Positions 53,798 to 64,000 of a stretch of 64,000 nucleotides of DNA are shown piece by piece. The stretch lies in assembly GCA_964016885.1 (NCBI GenBank), contig OZ024745.1:42718001-42782000 (forward strand). Direction: 5' to 3'. The notes beneath the pieces were generated by a model. It saw only the letters and a program-made list of their open reading frames with translations, had not been told where the DNA came from and ran no database searches. This DNA is from Eledone cirrhosa. Taxonomy: Eukaryota. The position numbers and the translations under genes are program-made. Numbering within the stretch: position 1 is the stretch's first letter; the number at the start of each line of letters is the position of its first letter.

Positions 53798-55285
53798 GGA
53801 TGGGTTGATGACTGAACGGATGGATGGATGGTTAGATGGATAGTTAAGTGGATGGCTAGATGGATGGATGGTTAGGTTGATAGAAAGGTGGATGGCTAGA
53901 TGGATGGATGGTTAGATGGATAGTTAGGTGGATGGCTAGATGGATGGATGTTTAGGTGTATGGTTGGATGGATGGTTGGATGGTTAGATGGTTAGGTGGA
54001 TAGTTAGGTGGATGGCTAGATGGATGGATGGTTAGATGGATAGTTAGGTGGATGGCTAGATGGATGGATGTTTAGGTGGATGGTTGGATGGATGGTTGGA
54101 TGGTTGGATGGTTAGGTGGATAGTTAGGTGGATGGCTAGATGGATGGATGGTTAGGTGGATAGTTAGGTGGATGGCTAGATGGATGGATGGTTAGGTGGA
54201 TGGTTGGATGGATGGTTGGATGGTTGGATGGATGGTTGGATGGTTGGATAGTTAGGTGGATGGCTAGATGGATGGATGGTTAGGTGGATGGTTGGATGGA
54301 AGGTTGGATGGTTGGATAGTTAGGTGGATGGCTAGATGGATGGATGGTTAGATGGATAGTTAGGTGGATGGCTAGATGGATGGATGTTTAGGTGGATGGT
54401 TGGATGGATGGTTGGATGGTTGGATGGTTAGGTGGATAGTTAGGTGGATGGCTAGATGGATGGATGGTTAGGTGGATAGTTAGGTGGATGGCTAGATGGA
54501 TGGATGGTTAGGTGGATGGTTGGATGGATGGTTGGATGGTTGGATGGATGGTTGGATGGTTGGATAGTTAGGTGGATGGCTAGATGGATGGATGGTTAGG
54601 TGGATGGTTGGATGGAAGTTTGGATGGTTGGATAGTTAGGTGGATGGCTAGATGGATGGATGGTTAGATGGATAGTTAGGTGGATGGCTTGATGGATGGA
54701 TGGTTAGTTGGATGGATGGTTAGGTAGATGGTTAGGTGGATGTTTGGATGGCTAGATGGCTAGATGGATGGATGGTTAGGTGGATGGATGGTTAGGTAGA
54801 TGGTTAGGTGGATGTTTGGATGGATGGGTGGATGGTTAGGTGGATGGTTAGGTGGATGTTTGGATGGATGGTTAGGTGGATGGTTGGATGGATGGTTGGA
54901 TGGATGGCTAGGTGGATGGTTAGGTGGATGGTTGGATGGATGGATGGTTAGATGGATGGTTAGGTGGATGGTTGGATGGATGGTTGGATGGATGGTTGGA
55001 TGGATGGTTAGGTGGATGGTTGGATGGATGGTTGGATGGATGGTTGGATGGATGGTTAGGTGGATGGTTGGGTGGATGGTTAGGTGGATGGTTAGGTGGA
55101 TGGTTAGGTGGATGGTTAACTGGATGGTTGGATGGATGGTTAGGTGGATGGTTAGGTGGATGGTTGGATGGATGGTTGGATGGATGGATGGTTAGGTGGA
55201 TGGATGGTTAGGTGGATGTTTGGATGGATGGATGGTTAGGTGGATGGTTGGATGGATGGTTGGATGGTTGGTTAGGTGGATGGAT
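53798..55285. repeat. (GGAT)n-derived minisatellite with ggttaggt and ggctagat variants
   Basis: Direct reading. Confidence 0.9.
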
Positions 55286-55472
55286 ATATTTGGATAGATA
55301 ACCGATTACGTTAGCTTTGTTAGAAAAGAAGTGGAAAAGGCTGCTGGGAGAGGCGTAAATATTAAGATAGTTTCGTTAGCGGAACAGAAGGAAGACACTG
55401 AGGAGATATGAAAGGTAGAGAATTAGTAAGGGAGAGGGAATGGAAGATAAAAGTATATGTGAGAGAGAGAGA

Positions 55473-55537
<65 letters not shown>

Positions 55538-55705
55538 CAGGATAAAAGTGTATGAGAGAAAGGTGAGAGAGAGAATGCAAGATAAAAGTGTATGAGAGAA
55601 AGGTGAGAGAGAGAGAGAGAAAGGAGAGGGAGAGAGAATGCAGGATGGATGTGTATGAGAGAGAGAGAGAGAAAGGAGAGGGAGAGAGAATGCAAGATAA
55701 ATGTG

Positions 55706-55760
<55 letters not shown>

Positions 55761-55974
55761 AGAGAGAAAAGAGAGAGAGCGCGAGCAGGGGGGGGGTAAG
55801 CTATGCTGTTGTTTATCTTTAGTGGATTCTTAGCTAGGTTGTGTTGAGAATTTGTTTGATTTGAGAAGAGACTGTTAGAGCGAGCTTGTTCTTTATTTCA
55901 ACCAACCGGACACTGTTGATAGCAAACAACTTATTCGCGTGAAGTGCTTTTGGTGTTGAATATTGAGTGCCTGG

Positions 55975-56765
55975 CACACACACAAATATACTACACACAC
56001 ACACACACACACACAAATATACTAGACATACACACACACACACAAATATACCACACATACACACACACACACACATAAATATACTAGACATACGCACACA
56101 CACAATCACAAATATACTACACATACACACATACACACTCACAAATATACTACACATACACACACACACACTCACAAATATACTACACATACACACACAC
56201 ACACTCACAAATATACTACACATACACACACACTCACAAATATACTACACATACACACATACACACTCACAAATATACTACACATACACACATACACACT
56301 CACACACTCACAAATATACTACACATACACACATACACACTCACAAATATACTACACATACTCACATACACACATACACACTCATAAATATACTACACAT
56401 ACACACTCACACACACACACGCACACACACAAATACTACACATACACACACATACACACTCACAAATATACTACACATACACACTCACAAACATACTACA
56501 CATACACACATACACACATACACATTCACAAATATACTACACATACACACATACACACACACACACGCGCACAAATACTACACATACACACTCACGCACA
56601 CACAAATATACTACACTTACACACTTACACACACACACACACACACACACAAATATACTACATACACACAAATATACTACACATACTCACACACATACAC
56701 TCACACAAATATACTACACTTACACACATACACTCACACACACACACAAATATACTACATATATA
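55975..56765. repeat. CA-rich minisatellite anchored on cacaaatatactacacat
   Basis: Direct reading. Confidence 0.9.
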
Positions 56766-56954
56766 CACATATATTCGCGTATGCTTGCATGCACACATCA
56801 GTTGCGCATGTGTGTGTGGGTGTGTGTGTGTGCGTGGAGAGTTAAGTGTATAATGTGTGTATGGCAGTGTAGGCATTTCAAGACCAACGTAGAACAAGGA
56901 ATTGTGTGTGTATATGTGCATTAACTGCATAGCTGTACTTGCAATTACATACAT

Positions 56955-57980
56955 GTAAGTACGTATATAAGGATGTATGTATAAAGGTATGTACGTATGT
57001 ATGGATGTATGTATGTATGTAAGTACTTATATAAGTACGTATATAAGGATGTATGTATAAAAGTATGTATGTATGTATGGATGGATGTATGTAAGTACTT
57101 ATATAAGTACGTATATAAGGATGTATGTATAAAAGTATGTATGTATGTAAGTACGTATATAAGTATGTATGTATAAAAGTATGTATGTATGTAAGTACGT
57201 ATATAAGTACGTATATAAGGATGTATGTATAAAAGTATGTATGTATGTATGTAAGTACGTATATAAGTACGTATATAAGGATGTATGTATAAAAGTATGT
57301 AAGTACGTATATAAGTACGTATATAAGGATTTATGTATAAAAGTATGTATGTAAGTACGTATAAAAGTATGTATGTATGTATGTAAGTACGTATATAAGT
57401 ACGTATATAAGGATGTATGTATAAAAGTATGTATGTATGTAAGTACGTATATAAGTACGTATATAAGGATGTATGTATAAAAGTATGTATGTATGTAAGT
57501 ACGTATATAAGTACGTATATAAGGATGTATGTATAAAAGTATGTATGTATATGTAAGTACGTATATAAGTACGTATATAAGGATGTATGTATAAAAGTAT
57601 GTATGTATGTATGTAAGTACGTATATAAGTACGTATATAAGGATGTATGTATAAAAGTATGTATGTAAGTACGTATAAAAGTATGTATGTATGTAAGTAC
57701 GTATATAAGTACGTATATAAGGATGTATGTATAAAAGTATATATGTATGTATGCAAGTACGTATATAAGTACGTATATAAGTATGTATGTATAAAAGTAT
57801 GTATGTATGTAAGTATATAAATACGTATATAAGGATATATGTATAAAAGTATGTATGTATGTATGTATGTATGTAAGTACGTATATAAGTACGTATATAA
57901 GTATGTATGTATAAAAGTATGTATGTATGTAAGTATGTATGTACGTATGTATATAAGTACGTATGTACGTATGTATGTAT
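56955..57980. repeat. TATG-derived minisatellite, about 56-60 bp
   Basis: Unit gtaagtacgtatataagtacgtatataaggatgtatgtataaaagtatgtatgtat. Confidence 0.9.
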
Positions 57981-58249
57981 ACGTGTGTGCATGTGTGTAT
58001 GTGCGTGTGTGTGTGTAATGTTCTGTATTTTTTTTATTCCTCACCAATGGAGAAAGTGCTTGTTCCTAACCCAGAAACAGGACTCTTTCATGTATGCATG
58101 TGCACAGGTATGGATGCCATTGTATGTGTGGAGTTGTGTGTTTTGAATGATATACCTGCACGTATACATATGTTTCTATATCTTCACGTATATATATGCA
58201 GTTATTTCATGCTAAACTTCTGGCATGTTTTACATATTTTCACAATTCC

Positions 58250-58840
58250 GTTAATGGACTAATTAGCCATGATAGTTCTGTGTCTGTGAAACCCAGCTTC
58301 TCAAGATTTATGCTGAAACAGTTAGTAACATATCCGAGTGCTCTAATGAGGTATAGTCACGATGGAGTATCTGTAGGTTTCGCATTAGTTCCGTTCATGT
58401 AGATGTTCTCCTTTTCACTAATCTTTAACACTATATTAACATCTGCTGGGCAGCTGATTTCTACTACCTTGTATGCCTTCTTTTCTCTGCTTAAAGTCAT
58501 TATACCTGGTCTGTTATGTTGCCATTTTACTGGGGTTTTCGCATGAACATTCCACCAGTACTCTTACATATTATGTATGAGTATGCCTTCTACATCGTCC
58601 TTTCTATAGTGTTTTTGACTGCTACATCATGCCTCATATGTAGATAGTGACATCTTCGAACACCTGCTTATGATGAGGGGGACATACACAATGTTTATTC
58701 CACAGAGTCTGTACTTGATGTCGTATCTAAGTTATTTACCTGTTTTTCTATCCCCTTTGTGAATCGAGTATTTTGTCATTATTTCCTGCTCCCGGATTGC
58801 AAAAGCATATCTTCCAAAGTGATAGCTAATGAATGAACTT
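58250..58840 (-). pseudogene. R4/Dong-clade retrotransposon fragment: zinc knuckle and restriction-like endonuclease
   Basis: Manual translation gives YAFAIREQEIMTKY, KYRLCG...IISRCSKMS, MRHDVAVK, EYWWNV...HNRPGI...VVEISCPADVNIVLKISEKENIY. Confidence 0.8.
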
Positions 58841-59079
58841 AAGCAAATAGAAGAATTTAGGTTAATAAAAGTACTAGGGCTAATAAAAGAACGTGTAGAC
58901 GTGTTGGGCTAATAGTGTTGGGACTATCAAGAGACAGATAGTATACACAGTAAAAGTAATGGACACTTAACTCTTAATGGGGTCGTAGGGGTGCCGTCCT
59001 GACACACAGCTTGTTTTGGGCTATTTTAAATCTGGTGGAGCCAGATTTCTTCCAGTTAGAGAGAGAGAGAGAGAGAGAT

Positions 59080-59181
<102 letters not shown>

Positions 59182-59204
59182 ATTGGCCCCAGGACAGGAC
59201 TAGT

Positions 59205-59320
59205 CATTTATTTATCGACCTCAAAAAGATGAAAAGCAAAATTGCTCTCGGCAGAATTTAATTCAGAGCACTGAGACGGAACAAATACCGAAGCTTTTTT
59301 TTAGTCGACTTTGCCAATTC
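59205..59320 (-). mobile_element. Partial S1-like SINE
   Basis: tttatcgacctcaaaaagatgaaaagcaaaattgctctcggcagaatttaattcaga. Confidence 0.6.
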
Positions 59321-59782
59321 CCCGCCTTTGCTCAGTATTAATATGTCTCTCTCAAAGTTTGAATGTTGTTCACCGTGCTGCAATATATAAGAAGCAGGGA
59401 ATCTCTACCATTTTAGAAGTGTTACTAGACATCGTGTCGCCAAAGTTCAGTAGAACTTTTCAAATAAAGAATGATGCGGTCAGTTACATGGTTATATCAA
59501 TTGCATATTCGCACTGACTGCGATTCATTAAGGAAAATATTCTAGGATTTAGGAGTAACGATAAATACGGTTTCCTCTGTAAAATTGTGAGAGAGGAGGA
59601 ATGGTTGATGCAGCGGGTTTAGCTGGTTTTTCTTCACAGCAATGCCTACACCATTTTGCAGCTGAGATACATTGCCTAGACTGAAATGTAGAGTCTGCAG
59701 CTCCATCTCCCTTTTTCTTACCTTCGCCATTTTGGTCTTTTTTCTTGTTTCTTTTTCTTTTTATTGCACATACTATCTAATC

Positions 59783-62155
59783 CATTGGTTCCCAACCAGG
59801 GGGCCACGGGAATTAACTAAAAATCACAAAATTTCATACATAAAAAAAAGAAGAGTAGTTTCCTAACATAATTTTTTCTTTTTCTTGCTTTAAATTTTTA
59901 TATTCAACTTTTTATCAACTTTCTACCTTTTCTAATTATGATCTTACTTCACTTGAAAATTATTTAAATCTGGATATAACAATTTATGTTTTAGTAAATA
60001 AACTTAGTAAAGAAACTTATTTTTATAACAGGATATATATTATTTATTTTAGTAAATTTCTCATTAACAAAATTACTTTGACTATTTTGAAGTACTTTTC
60101 ATTATTTATTTTAGTAAATTTGTCATTTAAAACTGGATATAGAAACTTTTTTTATTTATTTTAGTGAATTTCTCAATGTCAGAAAACAGGAAAAAAGAAA
60201 GTATGATAATACATATCTTCAAATGGGATTTGTTTCCATGCAGAACAATATTGATTTGCTTCAATGTGTAACTTGTTTCAAGGTACTGGGAAATGATTCT
60301 AGGAGGCCTTCTAAGCTCAACTTACATCTTTCAAAATGTCACCCTGAACTACTTGGAAAAGATGAATCTTTTTTTAAAAGGAAATCAGATGGTTTAAAAA
60401 ATCAAAAGCTTGATGTAAGTGGTACTATTCATGAGACCAAGGCCACTATTGTTGAAGCTTCCTATCGCGTTGTTTATCTGATTGCTCAACAAAAGAAGAC
60501 ACATACGATTGCTGAGGAACTGATTTTGCCTTGTGCCAAAGAGATGGTTAAACTTGTTGTTGGAGAAAGTGCTTCAAAGAAGTTAAATGATATATCCTTG
60601 TCAAATAACACGATAAAACGAAGGATAAATGATATATCGGAAGATTTGAAGGATCAAATCGTTGAGCAAATTAATGATTCACCATAGTTTGCATTGCAGC
60701 TTGATGAATCAACTGATGTTTCCATGTGTTCTCAACTCCTAATCTTCTGTCGCTATTTGTTTAATGGTCATATGAAAGAAGAGTTTCTTTACTGTCATTC
60801 GCTGGAGGGCACAACAAAAGCAGTTGATGTCATGGAATCAATTTCTACATTTATTGACAAGCAAGGAATTCTTTGGCAACGTTTCATAGGCATAACAACA
60901 GCTGGAGCACTAGCAATGCTTGGATCAAGGTCTGGTTTTCAAATACTGGTAAAAGCTAAAGAACCACAAGTAGTAGGAGTACATTGCTTCATACACAGAG
61001 AAGCCCTTGCATCAAAATCATTGCCACAAAAATTAAATAATTTCTTCAAAGACATTGTCAAAATTGTAAATTTTATCAAATCATCAACTCTGAATACTCG
61101 TTTGTTCAAACAACTTTGTGATGACTTGGGAACAAAGCATACAAATCTTCTTTACTACACAGGTGTCCATTGGTTGTCAGCTGGTCAATTTTTGGAAAGG
61201 TTTTTCTCGCTTCGCAATATGATGAAAAATTTGTTGAAGAGCAAAAGAAGCAAGATATTCTGGAAAAATTTCAACATGATCAATTTGATCTTCTTCTTGC
61301 TTATCTTGTTGACATTTTCGACATACTCAATAGTTTGAATTTAAAGTTGCAAGGGAAAAATTGCAATATTCTGTCACATACAGATGCTATCCGTGCTTTT
61401 CTAGGAAAATTAGTATTATACAAGCAAAGAGTTCACCAAGGTAATGTTATAATGTTTCCAAAAATGACATCTATTCTAAATGGAGAGCAACTCCCAATGA
61501 CCACAGAACTTGAAATAACAGAGCATCTGTCACAACTTGAGGATGAGTTTCAGTTTCCCAGTTCTAAGTCAACAAAATCTTGAATTGACAAGAAATCCCT
61601 TTCTTTGTGATGTGGAAGTTGTACCAGAAGCCGCTCAAGAAGAATTCCTTGAATTAATTAATAACTCAACATCAAATAATTTGTTTAAGAATTGAATGAA
61701 TTCTGGTGTTCTATGAAAGTGTCCTACCCAAGAATAACTGACATGGCGATCCATGTGTTGCTGCCATTTTCATTTACTTATCTTTGTGAGAGCGCGTTCC
61801 CTGCTATGTTAGCAATCAAATCAAAGGCAAGAAACAAATTGGCAGTTGAAGATGACTTGAGGTGTGCTCTTACCTCTATTCTTCCAAGATTCCAGAAACT
61901 AGTTGAAAACAAACAATTACAGAAATCTCATTAATTTGTTCTTTGAAATTAAATATGTTCTTATTTTAATATTTTTTGTTGAAAAGGGGTTTATAATAAA
62001 TTTAAAATGATTTGATTGAAATAAAAAGACATGCCGAAATTATTTCTACATAAAAAAATTATATCAAAATTTTAAATTTTTTTTTTTTTGGGGGGGGGGT
62101 ACTGTTTTGCTATATCATTAAGGTGGAATTTATTATAAAAGGTTGGGAACCGCTG
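59783..62155 (+). mobile_element. Full-length hAT transposon (Buster/Charlie family)
   Basis: TIRs cattggttcccaacc and ggttgggaaccgctg; perfect 8-bp TSD atctaatc at 59775-59782 and 62156-62163. Confidence 0.95.
60176..61934 (+). pseudogene. Buster/Charlie (ZBED5/ZBED8-like) transposase pseudogene
   Basis: BED-like CVTC...HLSKCH, LSNNTIKRRI, LQLDESTD, HCFIHREAL, YLCESAF. It has a stop at 60685-60687, frameshifts, and the second catalytic Asp reads Ala (TTAGA). Confidence 0.93.
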
Positions 62156-62439
62156 ATCTAATCCTATTTCCCGTTTTTGTGAAAGCATTGTCAACACAAA
62201 TAGGTGTGTATGTGTGTGTGTGTGTGTGTGTGTTTGTATTTATTGTGAGTGTTCGTATCTGTGAGTGAGATCACCTGTAAGATGATGTGCATATTTAAGG
62301 GGTGCTTTATTATGTTTTCTTCTTCTTCTTCTTCTTCTTTTTATTCTTCTCTTCTTCTGCTTCTTCTTTTTCTTCTTTTTATTTTTCATCTTCTTTTTCT
62401 TCTTCCTCTTCTCCTTCTTTTTCGTCTTCTCACATTTAT

Positions 62440-63140
62440 TCTTGGCAGAGTCATGGAGGCAGAGCCTTCCAGCGTTATCCTATCAGAAACAAGCGTCTCC
62501 AACTGATTCGGTTGGATCCCCAAGCAAGACCAGCCGAGTTTATGGACTTTATCCAAACATCTTGCTCGAGGTCTACTTATTGGTTTTGCTCATAAAACCT
62601 GTCCAGCGATTCTTTCCTGAAATATTCTAACCACATGTCCATAGTATAGGAACTGTGATCTCTCAATTCGGAAAAGTAGCGGCTATACTTGGAGTGACTC
62701 TCTGACCTCTGAGCTACGCATTCTATTGAGTAACGTTATTTCAAAGACTCTTCGGAGGAAACCCCATTTCAGCCGCTTATATTCGCGATCGTATTCTTTC
62801 TGTCATTACCCAAAATTCCTGACCATAGGTAAGGGATGGCATGAATACCGAATTGAAGATAGTGAGTTTGGCTTTTACATCTATCTCCATTCTTCTGGTG
62901 AGAGAATTCTGAAGCTGGTGCATCACTGAACCAGTTCCTGCAATTCTTACGCTTAATACAGCCTACTGCCTTCCATCATCCGTGAAAACGACTTCGAGAC
63001 ACATGAATTTCTCTACCTGCTTCCTTGAAAGAACGAGTATCTCAGTTTTCACAACACTGATTTTTATTCCTGCCTTGCAGGACTCGGCAGCAAACATATC
63101 AAGTGCATGTCGGCGATCACCTCTGACGATTTAAGTATTG
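62440..63140 (-). mobile_element. Degenerate RTE (Expander/Rex3-like) LINE 3' fragment
   Basis: Manual translation gives ALDMFAAESCKAGIKISVVKTEILV, LTYGQEFWVMTERIRSRI*AAEMG, LLFRIERSQFLYYGHVVRI; a GAA-rich tail follows. Confidence 0.8.
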
Positions 63141-63612
63141 CCATGTCGTCTGAAAATTACAGCCGACTGATACTACACTCACCAGTCTTGATACCACTAT
63201 TCTCCCCTATTACCTGTTCTACATTTCAGAGTCATTCCTTTTGCAGTCCATATTATTATTTTCTGTTTCTCTATTTCTCTATTTTTTCCTTTAGATAAGC
63301 CCTCGCGCACAATTCTTTCCCTTCTTTGTCAGTTGATGCACTCGAGCTATTTTTTTATCTATATTTATAATTCCCCGAAAGGCATTACTTATCCTGTCTT
63401 TATCTCTACCTGTTTTGTTACATCCCGCTGTGCACTGGAATGAATTGTAACAACCTTAAAGCAACGAAACCGTAGTGATTTTCAGAGGTTGACTGAGGAG
63501 ATGGGACTGTCTGTGTTTCTGTTGTTCATTCCTTTGTCTTTGTCCTGTGCACCCGCATATTTTGAATTACTATTCTAAAGACTTAACCATGCGGGCTTTT
63601 TTTCTAAATTAT

Positions 63613-63701
<89 letters not shown>

Positions 63702-64000
63702 CCGAAACAAAATCTACATTAGCATATGCAATCCAAAAGAACCCATTCAATGAAGAATAATATAATAAAATTTGTTATATTTATATGAAATAATGACTTC
63801 TACTACGGACACATATGCAGTTTACGTTTACCAAATTCTACTCATAAAGCATTGGTCGATATGATGACAGCAGTCTATAAACTAAAACAAGTAAAAAGAA
63901 TGAATATAGATTAAGCCATATTAGAGTGGAATCTCAGTTTTGAGAAATCCAAGGCTTAATAAACGTTTTTAAAGGTTGCACTGAATACACAACGATAAAG

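Noticed and set aside
53798-55285. Interstitial telomere (TTAGG)
   Set aside because: TTAGG is never tandem here; it is a variant within (GGAT)n.

Overview
Eukaryotic, AT-rich, microsatellite-dense intergenic or intronic DNA. The SINE, LINE and MITE content and the (TA)n/(CA)n/(GA)n load suggest an octopus-like (cephalopod) genome; this is inference. I can support no intact host gene, and nearly all ORF-track entries are translations of simple repeats. Recognisable transposons: a full-length dead hAT Buster/Charlie element (59783-62155, 8-bp TSD), a 5'-truncated Tx1/L1-clade LINE in (GATA)n, several RTE fragments (one 5'-inverted), an R4/Dong endonuclease fragment, a hATm-like remnant, mariner and hAT MITEs, a non-autonomous Helitron, many tRNA-derived SINEs and several minisatellites. 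The most notable signal is RNA-level. About 15 minimal type I hammerhead ribozyme motifs (CUGANGA...GAAA...NUH), roughly half with intact cores and readable stems, sit in non-coding elements embedded in (TA)n. Two of these element families share one layout: a 436- or 466-bp monomer in partial tandem followed by an inversion, with an octamer and a TATA-like box upstream of the ribozyme. One family is associated with two different hammerheads. This fits retrozyme-like or Penelope pseudo-LTR-like self-cleaving retroelements. All folding was done by eye and not computed.
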